Shown here piece after piece: positions 47,787-57,768 of a DNA stretch of 64,000 nucleotides. The stretch is from NCBI GenBank assembly GCA_019058295.1, contig JAHPZI010000022.1, positions 124,316-188,315 on the forward strand, in the 5' to 3' direction. This stretch comes from Promethearchaeota archaeon (GTDB taxonomy: Archaea; Asgardarchaeota; Lokiarchaeia; Sigyniarchaeales; SOKP01). The notes below the pieces were generated by a model. The model was not told the DNA's origin, made no database searches, and saw nothing but the letters and a program-made list of their open reading frames with translations. Position 1 is the first letter of the stretch. Each line of letters begins with the position of its first letter. The position numbers were made by a program, and so were the translations under genes.

Positions 47787-49202
47787 TTGGTCAAATTTAT
47801 GAGTAAATCAGAAACTTTAGAAATTAGACATTCAAAATTAAACATGGCATCATATGGTTTCGCAAAATTTCTTAATGAATTCATTGATATGGCATTTGCT
47901 TCATTTGGATTTTATTATTATGAGAGTGAAATTGGCTTAAACGTCTGGCTCGTAGGATTGGGCTATATAATATTCGCAATATATAATGCCATCAATGATC
48001 CTTTAGTAGGATACACAACTAATCGCCCTTTTAAATTCACCAAAAAATGGGGAAGGCGATTTCCATGGATCCTTTTCGGGGGTTTTTTTTGGATTCTTAG
48101 TTATTACCTTATATTTTCGCCACCTACTGTCAGTACGGAGACAGTATCAGGGTCTTTAATTATTTTTGCATGGTTAATATTTGCCACTTGTCTTTTTGAT
48201 ACATTTGCATCGATTTTTTTTGTGAATTTTGCCTCGCTTTTTCCAGACAAATTCAGATCTGTTGAAGAAAGAAGGACTGCTACTGGAATAGGAACATTTA
48301 TAGGGATTTTTGGAGTTGCTCTTGGTGCGATTGTTCCACCTTTTTTCATAACATTTGGTGTATTAAATTCATACATTATCCAAGCAGGAGCTATGATTCT
48401 AATAGGATTAGTAGTTTTAGCCCTCTCAATTCCAGGCTGCCGTGAAGACCAAATATTAATTGACCGCTATCTGACCACATATGACGATAAAACAAAGAGA
48501 GAGTCCTTTTTCGGGACATTAAAAGTTGCCATGAAACAAAAAACATTTGTGGTATTTATTATTACTTACACTCTCTATCGTGGTTTAGTGATTTTAATTC
48601 AAGCGTCTATTCCATACTTAGTTCGATTTGTCTTAGAGAAGAAAGCCAGCGCTACAATATTACTTTCAGGAGGATTTTTAATAGGTGCTTTAATATCAAT
48701 ACCTTTTTGGATTTTTTTAGCCAAGAAAACAAATAATAACCGAAAAGTAATGATAATTGCTGGTTTTGCTATTACAATCAGTACAATACCTTTAATATTC
48801 ATCACACATTATGAAACTCTTATTATCGCTATGATTTTATGGGGAGTTTGCCTTGGAGGATTTTGGGTTATGATAGCACCAGTGCTTGCTGATGTCATAG
48901 ATGAATCAGTTGTGAAAACAGGTAAACGTGAAGAAGGGATATATAATGGATTTCAGCAATTTTTTGGTCGCTTTGCAATTATGATACAAGCGATAAGTTT
49001 TGTTTTAGTACATACATTTACAGGATTCGTGGAAGGTGCGTCAGCCCAGTCTCCGCAAGCAGTTTGGGGGATTCAAATACACTTTGCTTTAATTCCGATG
49101 ATTTTAATATTATTAGGAACTATTATATTTTGGAAATGGTACGATTTAACACCTGATAGAGTAAAAATTAATCAAGAAAAAGTCAAGGAAATGGGGCTTT
49201 AG
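47787..49202 (+). CDS. MFS transporter, glycoside-pentoside-hexuronide (MelB-like) family
   Basis: 'YNAINDPLVG', 'WGRRFPW', 'ADVIDE...GKREEGIY'. Confidence 0.9.
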   Translation: MVKFMSKSETLEIRHSKLNMASYGFAKFLNEFIDMAFASFGFYYYESEIGLNVWLVGLGYIIFAIYNAINDPLVGYTTNRPFKFTKKWGRRFPWILFGGFFWILSYYLIFSPPTVSTETVSGSLIIFAWLIFATCLFDTFASIFFVNFASLFPDKFRSVEERRTATGIGTFIGIFGVALGAIVPPFFITFGVLNSYIIQAGAMILIGLVVLALSIPGCREDQILIDRYLTTYDDKTKRESFFGTLKVAMKQKTFVVFIITYTLYRGLVILIQASIPYLVRFVLEKKASATILLSGGFLIGALISIPFWIFLAKKTNNNRKVMIIAGFAITISTIPLIFITHYETLIIAMILWGVCLGGFWVMIAPVLADVIDESVVKTGKREEGIYNGFQQFFGRFAIMIQAISFVLVHTFTGFVEGASAQSPQAVWGIQIHFALIPMILILLGTIIFWKWYDLTPDRVKINQEKVKEMGL

Positions 49203-49334
49203 ATATTACTTCGCGATATTTAAAGGCTCCTTATTATTATTTATAATAATTTTTATCCGAAAGATTTTTAAAATTTTATTAATGATTAAATTCACGTTTT
49301 CCTAACCTTTTTTAAAATAATAAGGGAATATCAA

Positions 49335-50513
49335 ATGAAAATAGAATATGCTGAAAGAATTGGTAGATTGCCTACATATATTTTTACTGAGATTGAAGAA
49401 CTCATTATTCAGAAGACTAAAAAAGGTGTTGATTTAATAAAATTAGGTATAGGAGACCCTGATCTTCCTACTCCAAAAATCATTATCGATGATATGATTG
49501 CAGAATCTAAAGTACCAGATAATCAAAACTATCCTACAAGCATGGGAGAGGATTTTTATAGAGAAGGGGTTGCTCGCTGGAATAAAGTAAGATATGGAAT
49601 AGATTTAGATCCTGCAATTGAAGTATCACATGTAATGGGGGGCAAAGAAGGTGTTGCAAACATTGCAAGGGCATTTATAAATCCTGGTGATATTGTTCTA
49701 TGTCCAAACCCGGGGTATCCTGTCTATGAAAATGGAGCTACTAAATTATGTGATGGAGATCCCTATTTACTGCCATTAAAAAGAGAAAATGATTTCCTCC
49801 CTGATCTTGAAGCAGTTGAAACTGATATTCTCAAAAAAGCGAAAATGATGTATTTAAATTATCCTAATAATCCGACAGGCGCAATTGCTCCCATGGATTA
49901 TTTAAAAAAAGCCGTTGATTATGCAGAGGATTATAATTTCTTTATTGTGTATGATAACCCATATTCTGAATTTACATATGAAGATTATGTCGCTCCTACA
50001 ATTCTACAGATTAATAATGATCATGTAGAAATAAATAGTGCCTCCAAAATGTTCAATATGACAGGGTTTAGATGTGGATGGGCAGCTGGAAATGCAGATA
50101 TTATAGCTGGTTTACGAAAAGTAAAATCTCAAATTGATTCAGGAGGGTCTATTTTTATCCAAAAAGCTGTAATAAAAGGTTTAAATGAATATACGAATGA
50201 AAAAAAGCCAAAAATCGTCGCAAAAAGTATGAAAATATATGAGAAGCGTCGAGATGTGTTGGTTAATGGATTAAACGATATTGGATGGCCTACTAATAAA
50301 CCAAAAGCCACCTTTTATATATGGACTGCTGTTCCTGAAAAATACTGTGATATTACTTGTATGGATTTTATTAAAAAATTAATTAATGTAGGGGTTGTTG
50401 TCACACCAGGAATTGGATTTGGTCAATATGGAGAAGGTTTTGTTCGATTTGCTTTAACTCAAAATATAGAAAGAATTCAGGAAGCCTTAGAAAGAATAAA
50501 AAATCTACTATAG
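49335..50513 (+). CDS. PLP-dependent class I/II aminotransferase (LL-diaminopimelate aminotransferase-like)
   Basis: 'LGIGDPD', 'NYPNNPTG', 'YDNPYSE', 'SASKMFNMTGFRCG', 'PGIGFG..GEGFVR'. Confidence 0.88.
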   Translation: MKIEYAERIGRLPTYIFTEIEELIIQKTKKGVDLIKLGIGDPDLPTPKIIIDDMIAESKVPDNQNYPTSMGEDFYREGVARWNKVRYGIDLDPAIEVSHVMGGKEGVANIARAFINPGDIVLCPNPGYPVYENGATKLCDGDPYLLPLKRENDFLPDLEAVETDILKKAKMMYLNYPNNPTGAIAPMDYLKKAVDYAEDYNFFIVYDNPYSEFTYEDYVAPTILQINNDHVEINSASKMFNMTGFRCGWAAGNADIIAGLRKVKSQIDSGGSIFIQKAVIKGLNEYTNEKKPKIVAKSMKIYEKRRDVLVNGLNDIGWPTNKPKATFYIWTAVPEKYCDITCMDFIKKLINVGVVVTPGIGFGQYGEGFVRFALTQNIERIQEALERIKNLL

Positions 50514-50699
50514 CTATTTTTTTACATATTTTTCCCAAAGATAACCCATTTTTATCTCGTCTTCAAGTTCAAGTTCACCAGGTTTAATCTCAGAAATATC
50601 CATTATTAGAGAAAAGGGTGATTTTTCTTTAGATGTCTGATTTTCGTAAAAATCAACACTCATATATCCTTCAATAGTTTCTTCAGATTTTCTTTCCAT
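50514..50699 (-). CDS. Small acidic hypothetical protein
   Basis: 61-aa ORF abutting the aminotransferase stop tail-to-tail. Confidence 0.55.
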   Translation of the reverse strand: MERKSEETIEGYMSVDFYENQTSKEKSPFSLIMDISEIKPGELELEDEIKMGYLWEKYVKK

Positions 50700-50945
50700 A
50701 TCTCGGATTTAATTTATATCAAATAATTAAATAAAAATCTATTTTTGGAATACAACTAAAGAAAATATAATGAATAGAATATTTAAAGGTTCTGATCATT
50801 AATCTGATTAATCAAGATTGATAAAGATTAAGTGTTCTAAGAGATATTAAAAATAGCACTAATAATATTAATGTATAACATAAAGTGGATTTATATGAAT
50901 AAATCTACAATATTATAGTTATAATTTATAAAATCTTTTACCTTA

Positions 50946-51117
50946 CTACCAACCTATTTTTTCTTGGGATATAGATATTTCTGCCGGAATAAAGAAATTT
51001 TCACAATCATAAAACTCTGTGCAATTAAAGGATTCCTCAGAGATCTCTATCGTCATAATTTTTTTCTCGCTAATGACAACCACACCTTTTACCTCCTTTT
51101 TTTTTAATTTTATCATA
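50946..51117 (-). CDS. Small hypothetical protein (start uncertain: ATG ~51117 or an internal GTG after AGGAGG)
   Basis: Short ORF in an otherwise empty gap with two RBS-like sites; lies downstream of the hairpin region. Confidence 0.35.
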
Positions 51118-51130
51118 TTCAAAATCTCCA

Positions 51131-51298
51131 AGCAGAAACAAACTCCTATGATCTCTTCTATTAAAATTTCACACACCCAGCGAACAAATCCGTGAAAAGT
51201 TTAAAAGAAAGAGATTATAAGGATTTGTTTCGCTATAGTAATAAAACTACTACTAATAAACCTGATAATTGTACCAATTTGTTTGAAGTAGTAGTTTT
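51131..51298. other. Inverted-repeat cluster / candidate structured RNA
   Basis: 51179-51191 and 51131-51146 can each pair with 51221-51234; perfect 12-bp stem 51243-51254/51287-51298. Confidence 0.55.
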
Positions 51299-51367
51299 TG
51301 AAATCATTATTATTTAATTATATCTTCTTACAAATATAAATCTTATTTTATTCAAAAATTAGAAAAT

Positions 51368-52705
51368 ATGATGTTTATGGATAAAAAAATAGTGTTAGTT
51401 GGGGCTGGCTCAACGATGTTTGGCCCTGCAATGTTAATGGATATTTTTCTAAGCGATATTTTAAAAGGGTCGACAATTATGCTCCATGATATAGATAAAG
51501 AGAAATTGGAATTAATGTACGAATTAATAGTTGCTGAAGCTGAGACAAGAAAGAAAAAATTTGTCATAGAACATTCGATTGATAGAGCAATAGCTTTTAA
51601 AGATGCTGATTTTATAGTTAATTCTATAGAGGTTGGAGAGAGATTTAAATTATGGTGTCAAGATTATGAAATTCCAAGGAAACACGGCTCAACTCAAATA
51701 ATCGGGGAGTGCGGAGGTCCAGGAGGTTCTTTCCACGCTTGGAGAATTATACCGCCTATTATTGAAATAGCTAAAGATGCTGATCGGATATGTCCTAATG
51801 CTTTTTTTATTAATTTTTCCAATCCGATGTCGAGAGTTTGCCTTGCAATTAAAAGAGCTGTTCCCAACCTTAAATCTATTGGACTTTGTCATCAGATTGC
51901 TGTTTTTAATAAAGATCTTCCACTGATGCTGAATAAAAAATTAAGTAATTTAAAAATGACTGTAGTTGGACTAAATCATTTTGGATTTCTTGTTGATTTA
52001 GAAGATTTAAAGACAGGAAAAAATCTAATGTCAGAATTTAATTCGAAAGCTCTGAATTATTTCACAAAAAAAGAGGATAGATTTGAATTTTCAAAATTAA
52101 CATTTGAAGTTTACAAGAAGTTTGGCTATTTTCCTCATTCAGGAGATAACCATTTAGGGGAATATTTACAATTCGCGGAGGAATTTACTGAAACTCAAGA
52201 TATGATAGATTGGATCGATTTAAATGTTAGGCTGGGGAGATTAATATATAGAAAAGTTTTAAGAATGCAAAAGCGATTGAAAAAAGGAAATTTCCCTAAA
52301 GAAGGAATGCTACCTAAAGTTTCTTCCAGAGAACGTGCTGTACCGATAATTGAAGCTATTTCAACAAATAAAAACTCTTATGAAAGCTCAGTGAATGTTC
52401 CTAACGATGGCCTTGTCGATAATTTACCTCAAGATCTAATAATTGAAGGTCCAGTAATAGTTAATAAAGATGGTGTTAAAGGTGTAAGAATAGGAAGTTT
52501 ACCTAAACAGATCGCAGCACTGTTACGCATAGAAGCTTCAGTCCAGGATGTTTGCGTAGAAGCAATCTTAAAGAAGTCTAAAGAACTTGCGATCACTGCC
52601 TTAGCAATTGATCCAAATGTAGGAAGCTTTGAAATGGCAGATAAAATATTTGATGAAATGATGTCAATCAAAGAACAAAGAGAATTTTTAGATTATTTAA
52701 AATAG
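51368..52705 (+). CDS. Family 4 glycoside hydrolase (NAD+-dependent, alpha-galactosidase/glucosidase-like)
   Basis: 'VGAGS..F', 'E.GGPGG', 'NFSNP', 'GLCH', 'GLNHF'. Confidence 0.93.
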   Translation: MMFMDKKIVLVGAGSTMFGPAMLMDIFLSDILKGSTIMLHDIDKEKLELMYELIVAEAETRKKKFVIEHSIDRAIAFKDADFIVNSIEVGERFKLWCQDYEIPRKHGSTQIIGECGGPGGSFHAWRIIPPIIEIAKDADRICPNAFFINFSNPMSRVCLAIKRAVPNLKSIGLCHQIAVFNKDLPLMLNKKLSNLKMTVVGLNHFGFLVDLEDLKTGKNLMSEFNSKALNYFTKKEDRFEFSKLTFEVYKKFGYFPHSGDNHLGEYLQFAEEFTETQDMIDWIDLNVRLGRLIYRKVLRMQKRLKKGNFPKEGMLPKVSSRERAVPIIEAISTNKNSYESSVNVPNDGLVDNLPQDLIIEGPVIVNKDGVKGVRIGSLPKQIAALLRIEASVQDVCVEAILKKSKELAITALAIDPNVGSFEMADKIFDEMMSIKEQREFLDYLK

Positions 52706-52717
52706 ACAAGATAAAAA

Positions 52718-54106
52718 ATGACAGTTGATAAAAAAATCGCTTTTTTTGGTGCAGGTAGCGCCGCTTTTGGACCAGTAACTCTTAATGACATCTATCAAAG
52801 TAAAACTTTGGAAGGTTCTACCATCACCCTCATTGATATTGATGATGAGAAATTAAACAGAGTTTATGATATTGTCTGTAAGGAGAATGAAATTAAATGT
52901 GAAAAATTTATAGTAGAAAAAACACAAAATCAAAGAGCTGCGTTAAAGGATGCAGATGTGGTGATTTGTTCAATAGAGCATGGGGATAGATTTTTCCACC
53001 GCTGGCTAGATCATAGAATTCCTCACAAACATGGTTCTACTGAGATGATGGCTGAGAATGGTGGACCAGGAGGATTTTTTCACTCCGCTCGACAGATACC
53101 CATTATTGTAGATATTGCAAAGGAAGCCTATGCAGCGAATCCTGAGGTCCTCTTTATAAATTATTCAAATCCTATGTCTCGAATATGCCTCGCTATACAT
53201 CGAGCAGTTCCCGAGTTAAATTTTGTTGGGTTATGTCATCAAATAAATTTACTCTATAGAGACTTACCATATATCGTTGATGATTCATTCCGAGAGAAAA
53301 TAAAAAAAGAACCATCACTAATGAAATTGGATCTTCATAAAAAAAGCATAGAAAATACTAAAGTTACCGTAGGAGGATTTAATCACTTTGCGTTTGTTTT
53401 TAGATTAGAAGATCTGAGAACTGGAGAAGATTTAATGCCTAAGTTTAATGGGAGATTAATGGAATATTATACTAAAGATAAATGGGATAAGTTTCATTTT
53501 GCAGAACTTACCTTTGAAATTTATAAGCGTATGGGTTGGTTTCCTTATGTGGGTGATAACCATTTTGCTGAATATGTACAAATTGCAAAGGATCATACTA
53601 AATATGAGGACTTTGATGAATGGATAAAAATGATGGAAGACGGTAACATAGGTGTCAATAATAGGTTGAAGAGATTTCATAAAAGACTTCAAAAAGGTAT
53701 ATATCCAAAAAAGGGAGTATTTAAAAAAGCTGTTTCTGGAGAAAGAGCTGTTGCAATCCTAGAGGCAATGATAGAGGATAAAAATACCTATGAGATTGTT
53801 AACATACCAAATGACGGGATTATAGATAATTTATCTTCTAATTTAGTATTAGAATGCACAGGTAAAGTCAATAAAGAGGGGATTCACGGAATAAAATTAG
53901 GTAATATTCCAAAGAGTATAGCTGCATTATTGAGAATAGAGGCGTCAATTCAAGATGTATGTGTTGAAGCAATATTTAAAGAATCGAAAGATCTAGCAAT
54001 TGCTTGCATTGCTATGGATGTAAATTGCGGAAGCTTTGAGATGGCAGAAAATATATTTAATGAGATGATAGACATTCAAAAAGAATATTTACCGAATTTT
54101 AAATGA
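52718..54106 (+). CDS. Family 4 glycoside hydrolase, tandem paralog
   Basis: 'GAGS..F', 'ENGGPGG', 'NYSNP', 'GLCH', 'GFNHF'. Confidence 0.93.
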   Translation: MTVDKKIAFFGAGSAAFGPVTLNDIYQSKTLEGSTITLIDIDDEKLNRVYDIVCKENEIKCEKFIVEKTQNQRAALKDADVVICSIEHGDRFFHRWLDHRIPHKHGSTEMMAENGGPGGFFHSARQIPIIVDIAKEAYAANPEVLFINYSNPMSRICLAIHRAVPELNFVGLCHQINLLYRDLPYIVDDSFREKIKKEPSLMKLDLHKKSIENTKVTVGGFNHFAFVFRLEDLRTGEDLMPKFNGRLMEYYTKDKWDKFHFAELTFEIYKRMGWFPYVGDNHFAEYVQIAKDHTKYEDFDEWIKMMEDGNIGVNNRLKRFHKRLQKGIYPKKGVFKKAVSGERAVAILEAMIEDKNTYEIVNIPNDGIIDNLSSNLVLECTGKVNKEGIHGIKLGNIPKSIAALLRIEASIQDVCVEAIFKESKDLAIACIAMDVNCGSFEMAENIFNEMIDIQKEYLPNFK

Positions 54107-54133
54107 TGTAGTGTAAAATTAGTTTTCAATTCG

Positions 54134-54988
54134 CTATTTATGCTTAATAAACGTGCCTTTTTGATATTCCTCAAAAGCAATTCTCAATTCTTCTTGAGTA
54201 TTCATGACGATTGGTCCATACCACGCAACTGGTTCCCCTATTGGTTTACCAGAAATTAATAGAAAACGTAAACCTTCATCAACAGATTGTATATTTATCT
54301 CCTCTCCATCGTCATAAAGTATAAGTTGTTCAGCATTTTTTAATAGATCACGATTTTCATCAAAATAACCAGTACCTTTAAAAATGTAGGCAAATACAGT
54401 ATAACCTCTTTTAATTTTATGTGAAAAAGTTGAATTTGGTGGAATTGAAACGTCCAGATATTCAGGATTTGTTATAATATCCCTCACAGGTCCTTTAATT
54501 CCATTTATTTCTCCAGCAACAATTTTAACTTTAACACCATCCTTGATTTGAACTTCAGGAATTTCTTCCTCAAGGACATCTCTATATCTAGGATCCATCA
54601 TTTTATGAGAGGCTGGAAGGTTTGCCCATAATTGAAAACCCATCATTAAACCGTCAATGGGTTTTGGCATCTCTTGATGTATTATGCCTGATCCAGCTGT
54701 CATCCATTGAATATCACCAGAATTTATAATTCCCTTATTTCCTAGTGAATCTTTATGTTCTACTTTTCCTCGAATCATATAAGTAATGGTTTCAATACCA
54801 CGATGAGGATGCCATGGAAATCCTGCAAGATAATCATCAGGATTATCAGAACCAAAATGATCCAATAGCAAAAACGGATCAAATAAATTTGTTTCGTTAT
54901 TTCCAAAAACTCGCTTAAGTCGAACTCCAGCACCTTCCAGTGTTGGTTTACTATTTAGAGTCAATTTAATTTTCCTTTTAACACTCAT
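54134..54988 (-). CDS. Pirin family protein
   Basis: 'DPFLLLDHF', 'HPHRGIET', 'WMTAGSGIIHQE', 'FQLWANLP', 'GPIVMNT'; ATG at 54988 preferred. Confidence 0.95.
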   Translation of the reverse strand: MSVKRKIKLTLNSKPTLEGAGVRLKRVFGNNETNLFDPFLLLDHFGSDNPDDYLAGFPWHPHRGIETITYMIRGKVEHKDSLGNKGIINSGDIQWMTAGSGIIHQEMPKPIDGLMMGFQLWANLPASHKMMDPRYRDVLEEEIPEVQIKDGVKVKIVAGEINGIKGPVRDIITNPEYLDVSIPPNSTFSHKIKRGYTVFAYIFKGTGYFDENRDLLKNAEQLILYDDGEEINIQSVDEGLRFLLISGKPIGEPVAWYGPIVMNTQEELRIAFEEYQKGTFIKHK

Positions 54989-55236
54989 ATTCCTATCAAA
55001 AAAATTAATAAAAAAAATCTTAATCACTATTTTTTGAAAAGAAAACTCAAACTTACATTAACAAATATAAAAGATTTATCTCAATCATAACTGTTTAATA
55101 AATGATCTTTTTTTTTATCGGTATTAAGTTATTTTAAGTTAAACCATAGATTGAGAGAGCCCCCTCGAGAGCCAGAAAATTTTATAGAAACCGCAATCCA
55201 ATTCCTGCTACAATAGAATATGTATAATAAAAATAA

Positions 55237-55449
55237 TTAAGAAAAATTTTTCTCTTTCCATTTCTTCATAAAATCTTTAAAACTCTTATCAGATATTCCA
55301 AGGGAATTTTTATTCTCTTTTTTCAATTTTGAATTATAATTAGAATTAGTATTTTGCTTAAAATTTGAGGTTTTTTTAAATTTTAATTCCCAATCGAAAT
55401 ATGAAGATACTTTTGTTAATGCTTTTGACATCTTATTTTTAATACTCAT
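55237..55449 (-). CDS. Small basic hypothetical protein
   Basis: 70-aa Lys-rich ORF. Confidence 0.5.
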   Translation of the reverse strand: MSIKNKMSKALTKVSSYFDWELKFKKTSNFKQNTNSNYNSKLKKENKNSLGISDKSFKDFMKKWKEKNFS

Positions 55450-55687
55450 TTTGTAAATAATAAATTAAGACACCGTGTAAATTTTCTAATTCATAAAGTT
55501 AGTAAAAATTCAAATATTAATATTTAGGGTCTTTAAATTATAATCCGTTGCGAAAGAACGGAATAAGACAATTATGTACAAGCTTTTAAGAGAGAAGAAA
55601 AGAAAATAGAAGGCGGGGGTGTGCCGACAAAAATCAGAGAGGTTTTTAAAAATTCTTTTTAGGTACCATTAAATATTTATTATTGAG

Positions 55688-57754
55688 ATGTTTAAAAAAG
55701 CCCGATCTTTAGTGATTCCTATCATTCTTATTATACTTGTTCAACAAATTTCCCTTATATCTGCTGAAGAGATTAATGTAAAATGGGAATACACGATGCG
55801 TACTACTTTTATTCGAAATTTTGATATGTTTGATTATTTTAATGCCACGGTTGGATATAGAACTCGACAGGATATATATTTAAATGACAGTGTAAATTAT
55901 GAGGATTTTTATGCACAATCTTCAAGAATTTATTTAAATATGGCAGTAAATGATAGTACGATTATCGATGCACTTGGACCAATTAAAAAATATGAAGATT
56001 GTATGGATTTTAGAATGAATTCCTTAATTAGGATGCTCTATTTAGATATAAATAAATCAATTTTGTCTACAGCTACAAGGGATAAAATATGTGATGCTTT
56101 AGGGAAAGCAAAATATTGGCACGATGAACCTAGCAGTGATTCAGCAATCTTTACAACAGAAAATCATCAAATCCTCTATCATACATCGGAACTACTTGTT
56201 GGACAATTATTTCCCAGTGATATTTTCAAAAATTCAGATATGTCTGGAGATGAGAAAGTCTTACATGCAACTCCTTACGTTAAACAATGGTTAAATTGGC
56301 GCGGTCAATTTGGTTTTTCTGAATGGCACTCAAATACTTATTATGTTGAAGATATTGCTGCTTTGGTAAATCTGGTAGATTTTGCTTTAGATGAGGAAAT
56401 TGCACGTAAAGCAGCCATGGTGCTAGATCTGATGGCTTTTGGTTTTGCTATTAATTATTATAAAAACAGGTATGCTACTTCAATGGGACGTACTTATGAC
56501 AATTCTCATGTCGGCACACCTAAACACGATAGTGTCTCAGAGGCGGTATGGATTATGTTGGGAATAGGAAAGCATTATGCTTCCAATGGTAACAATATGG
56601 CAGCAGTTGCTTTAGCAACAAGTGAACATTATGCTCCTCCCCCCATATTCGAGCTAATTGCGCAAAACGCAACCCTTAATTGTGAAAGCAAGGAGAGACA
56701 TAATCTATATTTAAGTGAAGGAGAAAAATATGGAGTAGATTATGAAGATGATTTAATGTATTGGTTAGGATTACAAGCTCATTTAGCACCTCATATAATT
56801 GAACCAACATTTGATCATGTAGAAGAAAATAATAGAGATCCTATGACTTTATTTGGACCTCAATTCCTCATGGATTTTATAAAATTCATGGCCTTCATGA
56901 AAGGACTTTCTCTTAGCGAATATTCTCAAACAATCAGAGGGATCACCCAGGGAATTATGCTTGAGGCCGCAAATATCTATACATATCGGACACCAAATTA
57001 TCAACTTTCAGGTGTACAAGATCACATGAAAGGAATGAACGGAGCACAAGAAATGATTTGGCAGGCGACTTTGGATGATGATGCGTATGTTTTTACAAAT
57101 TCTCCTGGTGGATATACTCATGGTTTAGACCAATTTTTTATGGGCGGGTGGAAACCTCGAGCGACCTTATATAAGAATATTGGTGTCATCCAATACGATA
57201 GAGAGGTTATGCCATTTGAAGCAGAGTTAACAATCTTCTTAATGAATCTCTTTACAGGCTTTAAATTTTATAACCATGCTTATTTTCCTCAATATGCTTT
57301 TGACGATGTTTATTTGACCGATAAATGGTCAATGGGTGCTAAAGATGACGGTTATGTGGCACTTTACACTTATGAACCTTCAAAATGGGTTTCAGATTAC
57401 GAGCTTCAAACCCAAGGTTCTAAGAATTTATATGTTGTAGAATTAGGTGATAAGGATACTTATGGATCTTTTGAGAATTTTCAGGACGCTATCTTGGATA
57501 TCACCATGGATGTTACTCCATTATCCTTAGGTTATGATATTAGTTATACTTCCCCTTCTCAAGGCGATGTAACTGTGAGCTGGGATGACCCCATGTATGT
57601 AGATGGTAATAAAGTTGATTTAGGAGATTATAAACGATTCGATAATCAATATTGCCGGCAAGATTTTTATACAACTAGAACAATCATAGAACATGAAGGT
57701 CACTACTTAGAACTTAATTTTAGTAATAGTTCAAGATATTATAAGGCACCATAA
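55688..57754 (+). CDS. Secreted protein with heparinase/alginate-lyase-like helical toroid + beta domain
   Basis: Signal peptide; 'TENHQIL', 'GFSEWHSNTYY' resemble the NH and E-x-S-x-Y motifs of lyase-like toroids. Confidence 0.6.
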   Translation: MFKKARSLVIPIILIILVQQISLISAEEINVKWEYTMRTTFIRNFDMFDYFNATVGYRTRQDIYLNDSVNYEDFYAQSSRIYLNMAVNDSTIIDALGPIKKYEDCMDFRMNSLIRMLYLDINKSILSTATRDKICDALGKAKYWHDEPSSDSAIFTTENHQILYHTSELLVGQLFPSDIFKNSDMSGDEKVLHATPYVKQWLNWRGQFGFSEWHSNTYYVEDIAALVNLVDFALDEEIARKAAMVLDLMAFGFAINYYKNRYATSMGRTYDNSHVGTPKHDSVSEAVWIMLGIGKHYASNGNNMAAVALATSEHYAPPPIFELIAQNATLNCESKERHNLYLSEGEKYGVDYEDDLMYWLGLQAHLAPHIIEPTFDHVEENNRDPMTLFGPQFLMDFIKFMAFMKGLSLSEYSQTIRGITQGIMLEAANIYTYRTPNYQLSGVQDHMKGMNGAQEMIWQATLDDDAYVFTNSPGGYTHGLDQFFMGGWKPRATLYKNIGVIQYDREVMPFEAELTIFLMNLFTGFKFYNHAYFPQYAFDDVYLTDKWSMGAKDDGYVALYTYEPSKWVSDYELQTQGSKNLYVVELGDKDTYGSFENFQDAILDITMDVTPLSLGYDISYTSPSQGDVTVSWDDPMYVDGNKVDLGDYKRFDNQYCRQDFYTTRTIIEHEGHYLELNFSNSSRYYKAP

Positions 57755-57768
57755 AAGATGATAAAAAA

